60,117 nt of DNA from Nannocystaceae bacterium. GTDB taxonomy: Bacteria; Myxococcota_A; Polyangia; Nannocystales; Nannocystaceae. The translations under genes were made by a program, and so were the position numbers. Positions 36,378 to 46,563 of the stretch are shown here, piece after piece. The notes beneath the pieces were generated by a model. That model saw only the letters and a program-made list of their open reading frames with translations, was not told the DNA's origin and made no database searches. The DNA lies in assembly GCA_017996215.1 (NCBI GenBank), contig JAGOHL010000017.1, positions 1 to 60,117 on the forward strand. The letters are read 5' to 3'. How positions within the stretch are numbered: the first letter of the stretch is position 1; each line of letters starts with the position of its first letter.

Positions 36378-37973
36378 ATGTCGATGGCGTTCGCGTTCGC
36401 GTTCGCGCTCGCTGGCCACGCCCATGCGGGCCCCGCGACCCCGGCGACCCCGTCCGAGAAGGCGGAGCAGGAGCCGATCGCCGCGCCCGACTCGCCGCAG
36501 GCGGTCGTCGACGCGTTCCTCGAGCTGGGCGATCGCGGCGAGTTCGAGGAGGCTGCTGCCTATGTCGATCTCGGGCGTGGCGACGCAGCTCAGGGCCCCG
36601 AGCTCGCGCGACGGCTGCACGCGGTGCTGTCGCGGTCCGCCTCGATCAACCCCGAGCTGCTGTCGGGCAAGCCCGAGGGCGATGTTGCCGACGGCCTGCC
36701 GCGCACGGTCGAGCGCATCGGGGAGATCGTCCCCGAGGGCGGCGACGAGGCCGAGGCGGTCGACGTGCTGCTGCAGCGTCGCAGCCGCGGGACCCCACGC
36801 TGGGTGTTCTCGCGCAAGACCGTGCAGAACGTCGATGCGTGGTACGAGTCGCTGCACGATCGCTGGCTGATCGACAACTTGCCCGAGCCGCTGCTGCGCA
36901 CCGGCTGGGGCGGCCTCGCGTACTGGCAGTGGCTCGCGCTGCCGGGCTGGCTCGCGTTGGCGTGGTTCGCCGGCTGGGCGCTGGGCCGCATCACGCGACG
37001 CATGGTCGGACCGCTGGTCGCGCGCACGCGGACCGAGGCCGACGACATGCTGCTACGGCGGTTCTCTGGCCCGCTCACGCTGCTGTGGACGCTGGCGGTG
37101 TGCCGCGTGACGCTGCCGCTGCTGTCGCTGCTGCCGCGCCCGGAGGCGCTGATGCACGAGATCTTCGGCGCGGTGCTGGTGCTGCTGGTGTTCTGGGGGG
37201 CGCTGCGCGCGGTCGATCTCCTCGCCGACATGGTCAACCGCTCCAGCTGGGCCGCGGCGCGCAGCGGCACCAAGGCCCTGCTGCCGCTGGCCTCTCGCAT
37301 CGTCAAGGTCGTGGTCGGTGCGCTCGCGATCGTCGCGGTGTTCGCCAAGCTCGACTACCCCATCGCGAGCCTGCTCGCGGGCCTCGGCATCGGCGGTCTC
37401 GCGGTCGCTCTGGCCGCGCAGAAGAGCTTCGAGAACCTCATCGGTGCGTTCGCGATCGGGGCCGATCAGCCCTTCCGCGAGGGCGACTTCGTGCGGGTCG
37501 AGGACTTCGTCGGCACCGTCGAGGCCATCGGCCTGCGATCGACCCGGTTTCGCACCCTCGATCGTACCGTCATCACGATCCCCAACGGCAAGCTCGCCGA
37601 CATGCGACTCGAGACCTTGGCTGCCCGCGATCGCCTGCGCCTGGCGTGCACGCTCGGCCTCACCTACGGCACCACCGAGGCGCAGATCCGCGAGATGCTC
37701 GAGGGCCTGCGCACGATCCTCGCCGAGCACCCCAAGACGTGGAAGGACAACATCATGGTCCGCTTCGTCGGCTTCGGCGCCTCGTCGCTCGACCTCGAGA
37801 TCATGGTGTGGTTCGCGACCTCGGACTGGAACGAGTTCGTCGCGCTGCGCGAGGACGTGCTGCTGGCGTTCATGGGCGTGGTCGAGCGCGCGGGCAGCTC
37901 GTTCGCGTTCCCGACCCGCACGGTGCACCTCGTGCACGATGCCGTGGGCGAGCGACCCGCCGGCCCGGGCTGA
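36378..37973 (+). CDS. Mechanosensitive ion channel (MscS) family protein with N-terminal periplasmic domain
   Basis: Signal MSMAFAFAFALAGHAHA. 4-5 TM segments. MscS core (PFREGDFVRVEDFVGTVEAIGLRSTRFRTLDRTVITIPNGKLADMRLETL). Confidence 0.85.
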   Translation: MSMAFAFAFALAGHAHAGPATPATPSEKAEQEPIAAPDSPQAVVDAFLELGDRGEFEEAAAYVDLGRGDAAQGPELARRLHAVLSRSASINPELLSGKPEGDVADGLPRTVERIGEIVPEGGDEAEAVDVLLQRRSRGTPRWVFSRKTVQNVDAWYESLHDRWLIDNLPEPLLRTGWGGLAYWQWLALPGWLALAWFAGWALGRITRRMVGPLVARTRTEADDMLLRRFSGPLTLLWTLAVCRVTLPLLSLLPRPEALMHEIFGAVLVLLVFWGALRAVDLLADMVNRSSWAAARSGTKALLPLASRIVKVVVGALAIVAVFAKLDYPIASLLAGLGIGGLAVALAAQKSFENLIGAFAIGADQPFREGDFVRVEDFVGTVEAIGLRSTRFRTLDRTVITIPNGKLADMRLETLAARDRLRLACTLGLTYGTTEAQIREMLEGLRTILAEHPKTWKDNIMVRFVGFGASSLDLEIMVWFATSDWNEFVALREDVLLAFMGVVERAGSSFAFPTRTVHLVHDAVGERPAGPG

Positions 37974-38185
37974 CGACGACCCTCGCGGACGGCACGGACC
38001 GGCGGGCCCGGCTCGGGCACGGTTCTCCCGCTGGGTCACGTAGCCAGCGCTCACGTCGGTCGCGGAGTCGACGATGCGTCAGCCGGTCATGTCCGTGCGA
38101 TGCATCGACGCGAAGGGTGCAACGAAGCGCCATCGCGAGCCGACCCGGGTTGCCGCAGCGGGACGACCCGCGCGGAGGATCCGTG

Positions 38186-38470
38186 ATGAAGACGCGAGAG
38201 TGGTTGCTTGGAGGTCTGTTGGTCGTGCTCGGTGCGTGCGCGAGCGCGGGCGCGGAGGACAAGGTCCGGCATCAGGCGGGCTACGATCTACAATGTGAAG
38301 AGGCGAGCATCGAGCTCACCAAGATCAGCGACGATCACAAGTTCATGGGCGTGAAGAACGCCACGTGGGGTGCACGCGGCTGTGAGCGGCAGGCGTCGTA
38401 CAAGACGTCGTGTGGGCTCGGCTCGTGTACCGTGCTCACGCAGTCGCAGGCCGCCGACATCGCCCACTGA
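38186..38470 (+). CDS. Small lipoprotein (94 aa), hypothetical
   Basis: Strong RBS GGAGGA 8 nt upstream. MKTREWLLGGLLVVLGACASAG signal/lipobox. Four Cys in the mature part. Confidence 0.68.
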   Translation: MKTREWLLGGLLVVLGACASAGAEDKVRHQAGYDLQCEEASIELTKISDDHKFMGVKNATWGARGCERQASYKTSCGLGSCTVLTQSQAADIAH

Positions 38471-38524
38471 CCAATCACGGTGGGACGCCGGCAGCGCGCG
38501 GCCCACTTTGCATCGACGGCGCCG

Positions 38525-39469
38525 CTACGACAGCGCGAGCATGCGGTCGATCGGCGCCTTGGCGGCCTCGCGCAGCGCGACCGGCATGTCGAGCTCGGGC
38601 GACATGTCACGCAGGCACACGTAGAGCTTCTCGAGCGTGTTGAGCCGCATGAAGGGGCACTCGTTGCACGCGCACTGGGCCTGCGGCGGCGCGGGCACGA
38701 AGGTCTTGTGCGGGGCCTGCTTGGTCATCTGTGTGAGGATGCCGGCCTCGGTCACGACGATGAATGTGGCGTGCGGCGAGTTCACGGCGTACTCGAGCAG
38801 CCTCGTGGTCGAGCCGATGAAGTCGGCCATCGCCAGCACCTGCGGCTCGCACTCGGGGTGCGCGATGACCTGGGCGGTCGGGTGCTCGGCCTTGAGCGCG
38901 ATCAGCTTTCGCTCGCTGAAGGTCTCGTGCACGATGCACGAGCCCGGCCACAGGATCATCTCGCGGCCGGTCTGCTGCATGAGCCAGCGGCCGAGGTTGC
39001 GGTCGGGTGCGAACAGGATCGGTGTGCCCTCGGGCACCGAGTTCACCACCTTCACTGCGTTCGACGAGGTGCAGATGATGTCGCTGGCGGCCTTCACCTC
39101 GGCGGTGCAGTTGATGTAGCTGATGGCGACCGCACCCGGGTGGCGCTCGCGCCAGGCCTTGAACCGATCGCCGGGGCAGCCGCTGGCGAGCGAGCAACCC
39201 GCGTCGAGGTCGGGCAAGAGCACCGTCCGCGTGGGATTGAGGATCTTCGCGGTCTCGGCCATGAAGTGGACGCCGCAGAACACGATGACGTCGGCGGTGG
39301 TGTCGCGCGCGGCCTGGGCCAGCTGCAGCGAGTCGCCGATGAAGTCCGCCAAGCCCTGGATCTCGCTCTCCTGGTAGTAGTGCGCGAGGATCACCGCGTT
39401 GCGCTCCCGCTTGAGGCGCAGGATCTCGTCCTCGAGATCGAGCCGTGGATCGACGTAGGGCTGTTCCAT
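38525..39469 (-). CDS. nadA: Quinolinate synthase NadA
   Basis: [41 protein letters not shown] are NadA hallmarks with [4Fe-4S] Cys ligands. Start at MEQPYVDP (39469); the upstream in-frame extension is Ala/Pro/Arg-rich junk. Confidence 0.88.
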   Translation of the reverse strand: MEQPYVDPRLDLEDEILRLKRERNAVILAHYYQESEIQGLADFIGDSLQLAQAARDTTADVIVFCGVHFMAETAKILNPTRTVLLPDLDAGCSLASGCPGDRFKAWRERHPGAVAISYINCTAEVKAASDIICTSSNAVKVVNSVPEGTPILFAPDRNLGRWLMQQTGREMILWPGSCIVHETFSERKLIALKAEHPTAQVIAHPECEPQVLAMADFIGSTTRLLEYAVNSPHATFIVVTEAGILTQMTKQAPHKTFVPAPPQAQCACNECPFMRLNTLEKLYVCLRDMSPELDMPVALREAAKAPIDRMLALS

Positions 39470-39784
39470 CTGCGCGGGCAGTGTACTACCCGCCGGGCAC
39501 GCGGCCATGCGATCACACACGCGACGGCTCACCTCGTCGGGCGGTGGCGGGCGGGCGACTACGGATGCCCGTGGTTCAGCCGGCGCGGTGCCAGCGGCCG
39601 GTGACCCGACGCGCGACCGCAGCGCCCCGCTCGAAGGCCCGCGCGCACGGGAACCGTCCGGTATCGGCGCACGAAACATCCGGTCGCTCACCTCCGTACC
39701 TCGTCACGCGGCACGAGCGCGACTTGACGGGCAGCGTCGCTACGCTAAGGATTGACTGACCGTTCAACCAAAAACCCCCGCGCC

Positions 39785-40429
39785 ATGCCCCGCTCCACCA
39801 AAGAGAACGCCGAGCTCCGTGAGGTGCGTCGCCGCCACATCCTCGATGCGGCGCTGCGCGTGTTCGCAGCCAAGGGCCTCGCACGCGCGAAGGTGGCCGA
39901 CATCGCCCGTGAGGCGAACTTCAGCCACGGCCTGCTGTACCACTACTTCGCCGGCAAGGAGGCCGTGTTCGAGGCGCTGGTGGCCGAGGTCATGGAGCGC
40001 ATCGACGCCGATCTGGCCCCCACCACCGAGCGGGCGATCGATCGCATCACGGCCTCGATCACGCGGCGCTGCGAGATGCTCGATGGGCCCGACCCGGTAC
40101 GGGTCGTGATGCATGCGGTCTTCCAGGGCGAAGTCGGCACCCCCGAGCTCCGCGCGCGCCTGAGCAAGCACATGGTTCGCCTCCGTCGCCGCCTTCGCGA
40201 CCTCATCGCGCGGGCGCAACGCGAAGGTGACATCGATCCGAACATCGACGCCGACGAGATCGGCCGACTGCTGATGTTCCTCTTCCGCGGCCTGTCGATC
40301 GACGTGCCGCACCATCCGCTACCGCGCCCGGCCGCGGAGACCATTCTGCACCTGCTGGCCCCCGGCCGGCGCGGCGCCCCGCGCTGGGCCGCGCAAACCA
40401 CGACTCGTTCACGGCGAACCGGAACATGA
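39785..40429 (+). CDS. TetR/AcrR family transcriptional regulator (putative efflux-operon repressor)
   Basis: HTH region RRHILDAALRVFAAKGLARAKVADIAREANFSHGLLYHYF. The stop overlaps the start of the adaptor gene (ATGA). Confidence 0.85.
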   Translation: MPRSTKENAELREVRRRHILDAALRVFAAKGLARAKVADIAREANFSHGLLYHYFAGKEAVFEALVAEVMERIDADLAPTTERAIDRITASITRRCEMLDGPDPVRVVMHAVFQGEVGTPELRARLSKHMVRLRRRLRDLIARAQREGDIDPNIDADEIGRLLMFLFRGLSIDVPHHPLPRPAAETILHLLAPGRRGAPRWAAQTTTRSRRTGT

Positions 40430-41637
40430 CACGCACGTTCACCCTCGCGAGCGCAGCTCTGCTGACGACGCTCATCCTCCCGCTCGGCGGCTGCACCAAG
40501 GCGAAGACCGCCGAGGTGGTCCAGCGCGACGAGGCCGCGCCGGTCGACATCCACGTCGCGGCGGTGCGCAAGATCATCCGCCCGGCCGAGCTCGTGCTCG
40601 ACGGTACCCTGCTCGCCGACGAAGAGTCGCGTGTGACTTCGGTGGTCTCGGGCCGCGTGGTCGAGGTCTTCGTGGAGCGTGGCAGCCGGGTCGAGGCCGA
40701 CGCGCCGCTCATCCGCCTGCGCGACGTCGACTACGAGCTCGCGGCCAAGGCCGCGCGGGACCAGCTCGCACAGGCGCGCGCGCGCCTCGGCATCAAGGCC
40801 AACGGCGGCGCCCCCTCGCCCGAGACCCTGCCCGACGTGCAGGCGGCCAAGGCCGAGGCCAAGCTGGCACAGAGCGAGCTCGAGCGCAGCGAGAAGCTCG
40901 TCACCAGCGGCGCGGTCTCGGCCAGCGATCTCGATCAGCTCCGCACGCGCGCGGCGTCGGCACAGGACCGCTACCAGAGCGCGCTGAACTCCGCGCGCGC
41001 GCAGGTCGCCGCGGTCTCCGCCGCCAAGACCTCGCTCGAGCAGGCGCAGACCCAGCGCGACGAGGCGCTGGTGCGAGCCCCGTTCGCGGGCGAGATCGCC
41101 GACCGCCTGGTCTCGGTCGGCGAGTACGTCTCGCCGCAGACCGCGTTGGTGCACCTGGTCCGCGTGCAGCCGCTACGCATCGAGCTCGCGGTCCCGCAGC
41201 AGCACCTGCAGCAGGTACAGCCCGGTCAGAAGGTGACACTGCGCATCGACGCGATCGCCGAGCGTACCTTCGAAGCCACCGTGCGCTACGTCAGTGCGTC
41301 GGTCGAGCGCAACACCCGTGCGCTCACCGTCGAGGCGGTGGTACCCAACGACGACGGCGTGCTGCGCCCAGGCCTGTTCGCCACCGCACGGCTGCAGACC
41401 GGCGAGCGGCAGACCGTGAGCGAGCTGCCCGCCGAAGCGGTCCGTACCGCCGCGGGCGTGTCGCGGGTGTTCGTCGTCAACGGCAGCAGCATCACCGAGC
41501 GTGTGGTCTCGATCGCCGATCGCGTCGGCGACAAGATCATCATCGCCGAGGGCCTCGGCGAGGGCGAACGCGTGGCGATCGACGGCTTCGACAAGCTGGG
41601 CGATGGCGTCGCGGTGAACGTGCTGGACGCGGAGTAG
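40426..41637 (+). CDS. Efflux RND transporter periplasmic adaptor subunit (membrane fusion protein), lipoprotein
   Basis: Lipobox LILPLGGCTK. Biotinyl-lipoyl, coiled-coil hairpin, beta-barrel and MP domains (RVEADAPLIRL...RAPFAGEIADRLVSVGEYV...). Confidence 0.9.
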   Translation: MTRTFTLASAALLTTLILPLGGCTKAKTAEVVQRDEAAPVDIHVAAVRKIIRPAELVLDGTLLADEESRVTSVVSGRVVEVFVERGSRVEADAPLIRLRDVDYELAAKAARDQLAQARARLGIKANGGAPSPETLPDVQAAKAEAKLAQSELERSEKLVTSGAVSASDLDQLRTRAASAQDRYQSALNSARAQVAAVSAAKTSLEQAQTQRDEALVRAPFAGEIADRLVSVGEYVSPQTALVHLVRVQPLRIELAVPQQHLQQVQPGQKVTLRIDAIAERTFEATVRYVSASVERNTRALTVEAVVPNDDGVLRPGLFATARLQTGERQTVSELPAEAVRTAAGVSRVFVVNGSSITERVVSIADRVGDKIIIAEGLGEGERVAIDGFDKLGDGVAVNVLDAE

Positions 41638-41647
41638 GAACCGAATC

Positions 41648-44600
41648 ATGCAGTGGCTCGCACGCATCTGTGTTCGGCACCCCGTGTTCACGTGGGTGCT
41701 GGTGCTCGCACTCTCGGTGTTCGGCATCGCCAGCGTCTCGGAGCTCGGCGTCGACCGATTCCCCAAGATCGACTTTCCCGCGATCGTGGTGACCACGGTA
41801 TTGCCCGGCGCGTCGCCGGAGCAGATCGAGACCGAAGTCACCGAGCGCATCGAAGAGCAGCTGAACTCGATCGCCGGTCTCGACGAGCTGACCTCGAACT
41901 CGTACGAGGGCTTCAGCGTCGTGATGGCGCGCTTCGACCTCGAGAAGAGCCTCGGCGAGGCCTCCGAGGAGGTCCGCGACCGCGTCGCCCGCGTGGTCTC
42001 GACGCTGCCCGAGGGTGTCGAGCAGCCCCGGGTCGAGCGCATCGATCCCGACGCGGCGCCGGTCATGTTGGTCGCCGTCCGCAGCACCCGCTCGCTGCTC
42101 GAGGTCACCGACTACGCCGACCGCGTCATCCGCCGACGCATCGAGTCGCTCGGCGGCGTCGGTGGCATCTCGCTCTCGGGCAGCCGTGAGCGCGAGATCC
42201 AGGTGGTGGTCGATCCGCGCAAGCTGGCCGGCGTCGACCTCACCGTGCGCGACGTCCAGCGCGCGCTGGCAGCCGAGAATGTCGAGATTCCCGGCGGCAA
42301 CGTCGACCAGGGCGAGCGCACACTGCAGCTGCGCGTGGCCGGCCGCATCGCCGATCCCCGCGAGTTCGAGGCCATCCCGGTGGCGCTGCGCGGTGGCACC
42401 GTCATCCGCATCCGCGACGTCGCGGCGGTGCGTGACGTCGGCCGCGACCCGGAGTCGTTCGCCACCATCGACGGCGAGTCGGTGGTCGTGCTGAACGTGC
42501 GCAAGCAGTCGGGCGCCAACACCGTCGCGGTGGTCGAGGCCCTGCGCGAGCGCATCGCCGAGGTCGAGCGCGAGATCCCGCCGAGCTATCGGCTCGAGAT
42601 CGTGCGCGACGAGAGCGAGTTCATCTCGAACTCCATCCACGCCGTCGAGGAGCACCTCGTCATCGGCTCGATCTTCGCGGCGCTGGTGGTGTTGGCGTTC
42701 CTGCGCAACGGTCGCTCGACCATCATCGCGGCGCTGGCGATCCCCATCTCCATCATCTCGACCTTCACGCTGATCAACGCGCTGGGCCTCACGCTCAACA
42801 TGATCACGCTGCTGGGCCTCACGCTGTCGGTCGGTATCGTCATCGACGACGCGATCGTGGTGCTCGAGAACATCGTGCGGTTCATCGAGGAGAAGGGCTA
42901 CTCCCCCAGTCGTGCTGCGGTCGTGGCGACCCAGGAGATCGGGCTCGCGGTGCTGGCGACCTCGCTGTCGCTGATCGCGGTGTTCCTGCCGATCGCGTTC
43001 ATGAGCGGCATCATCGGCCGCTTCATGGGCAGCTTCGGCTTCACGATGTCGTTCTCGATCCTGGTGTCGATGTTCGTGTCGTTCACGCTGACGCCGATGT
43101 TGTGTGCGCGCTGGCTCAAGGGGCCCGTGCGTCCGCAGCACCCCGCCGGCGAGGCCGCACCGATGGCACCCCACGACGTCGGCCATCCCGTCGCCGCTGC
43201 GGTCACGGTGCCGCTCGACGACGACGACATGGGCTTCATCCCCGACCCGGCCCCGGGCGATCGCAAGCTCGAGCGGGCGGAGTTCCGCGCGTGGGCCCGA
43301 GGTGAGCGCACGGTCGCGCAAGTGCTCGCCGCCGGCGGCCACCAGGAGCACAACGGTCGCTTCTATCGCTTGCTCGAGACCGGCTACCTGCGCCTGTTGG
43401 CGTGGTCGATGCGCTATCGCTGGGCGGTCGCGATCGTGCTGGTCGCGGCCATGGCCTCGCTGGGCCCGCTCATCAAGGCCACGCCGAAGAACTTCCTGCC
43501 GAACGAGGACGAGTCGCGCTTCGAGATCACGATCCGCGCCCCCGAGGGCACCGCGCTGGCTCAGACCGCGCTGTTCGGTGAACGCCTGGCGCGGGCGGTG
43601 AAGACCCAGCCCGAGGTCACGACCACCGTGCTCACCGTCGGCGCACCCGCAGGTGACCTGTCGGGTCGCGGGCCCAACCAGGCTTCGCTGTACGTTCGCA
43701 TGATCCCGGCCGACCAGCGCGAGCTCTCGCAGGACGAGTTCATCGTGAAGGTCCGCGAGGAGGTGCTCGCGGGCGTGCTGCCCGACGACGTGACCGTGCT
43801 GATCTCGCCGATCGCCCCGTTCGGCGGCTCCGGCCAGCAGGCCGCACCGGTGCAGTACATCATCTCGGGCCCCGACATCGCGAAGCTCGACGAGTACACG
43901 CAGGAGATGCTGCGCCGCGTGCGGGAGATCCCCGGCGTGAGCGAGGCCAGCACGTCGCTCATCACCGGCCGCCCGGCGTATGCGGTCCGGGTCGACCGTC
44001 GGCGCGCCGCCGACCTCGGGGTCTCGATCGCCGAGGTCGCCAACGCGTTGCGTCTGCTGGTCGGTGGCCTCGCGGTCAGCGACTTCAGCGAGTCGGGCGA
44101 GCGCTACGACGTCATCGTCCGTGCCGAGCTCGGCGCGCGCGGTCGGCCCGAGCAGATCGCCCAGATGACGGTGGCGTCGCAGACCGGACGTCCGGTGCGA
44201 CTGTCCGACGTCGCGACCATCGAGGAGACCACCGGCCCGGCGGTCATCACCCACTTCGGCCGCGAGCGGCAAGCGACGATCTTCATCAACACCCTGCCCG
44301 GCTCTTCGGAGCAAGACATCATCGACGCGCTCGAGCGCATCCGCGTCGAGCTCGACCTCGAGCCCGGCTACCGCGGCCAGCTCTATGGTCGATCGCGCGA
44401 GCTCGGTCGCGCGATGCAGAGCTTCTTGGTGGCGGTGATCCTGTCGTTCACCTTCATGTACCTGGTGCTCGCGGCGCAGTTCGAGAGCTGGCTGCTGCCC
44501 GTCACGATCATGGCCTCGCTACCGCTGACGCTGCCGTTCGCGGTGTTCTCGCTGCTCGTGCTCGGACAGTCGCTGAACCTCTACTCGATGCTCGGCGTGA

Positions 44601-45085
44601 TGGTGTTGTTCGGCGTGGTGAAGAAGAACTCGATCCTGCAGATCGATCACATGCGGACGCTGCGTCGCAAGGGCCTCTCCCGCGCCGACGCCGTGATGAT
44701 CGGCAACCGCGATCGACTGCGGCCCATCCTCATGACGACGATCGCGTTCGTCGCCGGCATGGTCCCGCTGCTGGTCTCGAGCGGCGCGGGCTCGGGCACC
44801 AACCGTGCGATGGGCTCGGTCATCGCCGGCGGCCAGACGCTGTCGCTGCTGCTCACCCTGGTCGCCACGCCGGTCATCTACAGCTGGCTCGACGACCTCG
44901 CGCACTCGCGGGTCGCCGGCTGGATCGGCACCGGGCTGAGCTGGCCGTTGGTGCAGATCGATCGCCTGGTGAGTCGCAAGCCACAGCCGCACCCGGTGGT
45001 GACGCAGACGAGCAAGACCGTGCCGGCTCCCGCGGCCCCGCGGACGCGGGCGCATCGCCCCGAGCCAGACGATCGCGACGGCTAG
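41648..45085 (+). CDS. Efflux RND transporter permease (HAE1/AcrB family)
   Basis: 1145 aa with 12 TM segments and two large periplasmic loops. AcrB-like motifs (GIVIDDAIVVLENI, GGQTLSLLLTL). ~90-aa insertion after TM6. Confidence 0.93.
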   Translation: MQWLARICVRHPVFTWVLVLALSVFGIASVSELGVDRFPKIDFPAIVVTTVLPGASPEQIETEVTERIEEQLNSIAGLDELTSNSYEGFSVVMARFDLEKSLGEASEEVRDRVARVVSTLPEGVEQPRVERIDPDAAPVMLVAVRSTRSLLEVTDYADRVIRRRIESLGGVGGISLSGSREREIQVVVDPRKLAGVDLTVRDVQRALAAENVEIPGGNVDQGERTLQLRVAGRIADPREFEAIPVALRGGTVIRIRDVAAVRDVGRDPESFATIDGESVVVLNVRKQSGANTVAVVEALRERIAEVEREIPPSYRLEIVRDESEFISNSIHAVEEHLVIGSIFAALVVLAFLRNGRSTIIAALAIPISIISTFTLINALGLTLNMITLLGLTLSVGIVIDDAIVVLENIVRFIEEKGYSPSRAAVVATQEIGLAVLATSLSLIAVFLPIAFMSGIIGRFMGSFGFTMSFSILVSMFVSFTLTPMLCARWLKGPVRPQHPAGEAAPMAPHDVGHPVAAAVTVPLDDDDMGFIPDPAPGDRKLERAEFRAWARGERTVAQVLAAGGHQEHNGRFYRLLETGYLRLLAWSMRYRWAVAIVLVAAMASLGPLIKATPKNFLPNEDESRFEITIRAPEGTALAQTALFGERLARAVKTQPEVTTTVLTVGAPAGDLSGRGPNQASLYVRMIPADQRELSQDEFIVKVREEVLAGVLPDDVTVLISPIAPFGGSGQQAAPVQYIISGPDIAKLDEYTQEMLRRVREIPGVSEASTSLITGRPAYAVRVDRRRAADLGVSIAEVANALRLLVGGLAVSDFSESGERYDVIVRAELGARGRPEQIAQMTVASQTGRPVRLSDVATIEETTGPAVITHFGRERQATIFINTLPGSSEQDIIDALERIRVELDLEPGYRGQLYGRSRELGRAMQSFLVAVILSFTFMYLVLAAQFESWLLPVTIMASLPLTLPFAVFSLLVLGQSLNLYSMLGVMVLFGVVKKNSILQIDHMRTLRRKGLSRADAVMIGNRDRLRPILMTTIAFVAGMVPLLVSSGAGSGTNRAMGSVIAGGQTLSLLLTLVATPVIYSWLDDLAHSRVAGWIGTGLSWPLVQIDRLVSRKPQPHPVVTQTSKTVPAPAAPRTRAHRPEPDDRDG

Positions 45086-45115
45086 CAGCGAGAAGCGGCG
45101 AGCGGCCGCGCGCTG

Positions 45116-46417
45116 CTAAGCCTTGCGCTTGCGGAAGATCGCACCCACCGCGGCGACGATGCCAGCGCCCAGCAGCAGCAGCAGCTTCTTGCCCGCGAGC
45201 AAGACCTTGAAGAGGCCCGCGAGCAAGCCGGTCTTGAGCAGCACCTTGCCGGCGATGAGCCCACCGATGCCGTACGCCGCGACCTGGTCGATGTCGGGAT
45301 CGAAGTCGTCGTAGCGCGCGCCCTGCTCGAAGGTGACCTTGGCCAGCAGCGTCTCCATCGCGGGATCGATCTGCTCGAGCTGGTCCATGGTGCCGACCGC
45401 GTTCAGCGACAGCACGCCGGTGCGACCGAGCACGCGCACGTCGTAGTTGAGCGTCGCGGGTGCGTCGGGCGTGTGCAGCTCGCGGGCCCAGTACAGCCGG
45501 TGGTGCTCGGCGTCGTAGTGCGGCGTCTTGGCCCAGCCGGCGAGGGTCAGGGACGGCAGGCCGGCGGCCTCACGCGCGCGGTTGTCGGCGGCGTCCTGCG
45601 TGCGCATCTGTGCCAGGAGCTCGTCGTAGTCGATGTCCTCGGCGTCGTCGTCGTCGACGTGGCCGTCGGCGACGTAGGTCACGACCACGCCGAAGCCGTC
45701 GCGCGCCGACACACCCATGCCCGCGGGCACGATCATCCCGAGCGGCTTGGCGTCCGACGGCGGGTTCGACCACGCCTCGGTCAGCACGCGCTCGGCGTCG
45801 TCCGGCCCGAGGAAGCGAAAGCCCTCGCCGAGCTCGAGCGTGGCGCCGGCATCGGGCAGCGCGATGCTGCCGTGCTGGTAGCTCAGCTGGGCCTCGAAGG
45901 CAGCCCCGGCGGCGGCATCGAAGGCCTCGAGCAGCTCGCGGTCCTCCGGGCTCGCGGCGGCAGGGCCCTGCTCGATGAGCGCCTGCAACCGCGGCATCGG
46001 CATGGCCTCGATGCGGGCACGCAGCGGGGCCGGGAGCTGGGTCACCAGCGCAGCGAGCTCGGGGTTGGCACCGGCCGCCTCACCGACCGTCTGCACCGCG
46101 GTCATCAGCGCCACGACGGTCTCCTGCTCGTAGGTCCGGCTGTGCTCGGGCGTCATGAACGCGGCGTCGAAGGCCTCGGTCGTCATCGCCTCGATGCGCG
46201 TGCGCACCTCGGCGTCGAGCCGCGCGAGCTGTGCGGCGAGCACCGGATCCTCCTTGGCCGCCGCCGCGATGGTGCCTGCGGCGGGCTCCGGGGCCGCCTC
46301 GACGACCTCGGCCGGTGCCTTCGAACGCTTGGGCTTGGCCTGCGCGAGCGAACCCGCGGCGAGCACGAGGGAACAACCGACCATCCAGGTCGCGACGTTG
46401 CGCATGGTGCCGAGCAT
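45116..46417 (-). CDS. Membrane-anchored protein, DUF2167-like
   Basis: Signal MLGTMRNVATWMVGCSLVLAAGSLA. Ala/Glu-rich helical region. Conserved-looking core (SYQHGSIALPDAGATLELGEGFRFLGPDDAERVL). C-terminal TM plus KRKA. Family assignment is from memory and uncertain. Confidence 0.62.
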   Translation of the reverse strand: MLGTMRNVATWMVGCSLVLAAGSLAQAKPKRSKAPAEVVEAAPEPAAGTIAAAAKEDPVLAAQLARLDAEVRTRIEAMTTEAFDAAFMTPEHSRTYEQETVVALMTAVQTVGEAAGANPELAALVTQLPAPLRARIEAMPMPRLQALIEQGPAAASPEDRELLEAFDAAAGAAFEAQLSYQHGSIALPDAGATLELGEGFRFLGPDDAERVLTEAWSNPPSDAKPLGMIVPAGMGVSARDGFGVVVTYVADGHVDDDDAEDIDYDELLAQMRTQDAADNRAREAAGLPSLTLAGWAKTPHYDAEHHRLYWARELHTPDAPATLNYDVRVLGRTGVLSLNAVGTMDQLEQIDPAMETLLAKVTFEQGARYDDFDPDIDQVAAYGIGGLIAGKVLLKTGLLAGLFKVLLAGKKLLLLLGAGIVAAVGAIFRKRKA

Positions 46418-46563
46418 GGAGGATCGCAGCGGGCCTGACAACCTGACCCCGCGCGAACGAGCGAGGAACGTGGTCGACACGCACCCGTTCGTGTTCCAAC
46501 CGAAGTCACGCGCGCGTCGGCCCCGGCTCGCGGTGTGGACAGTCGCCCGCGCGGGCGCGTAGC

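Noticed and set aside
35217-36857. 546-aa minus-strand ORF
   Set aside because: Antisense to the spondin_N and MscS genes, with Arg/Ala/Gly/Leu-rich junk.
36368-38185. Upstream part of the 700-aa plus-strand ORF 36368-38470
   Set aside because: Alternative frame of the MscS gene (Arg/Ala/Gly/Pro-rich). Only the terminal 94-aa lipoprotein with a strong RBS is credible.
41540-44314. 924-aa minus-strand ORF antisense to the RND permease
   Set aside because: Junk composition. The plus strand encodes an unmistakable AcrB-family protein.
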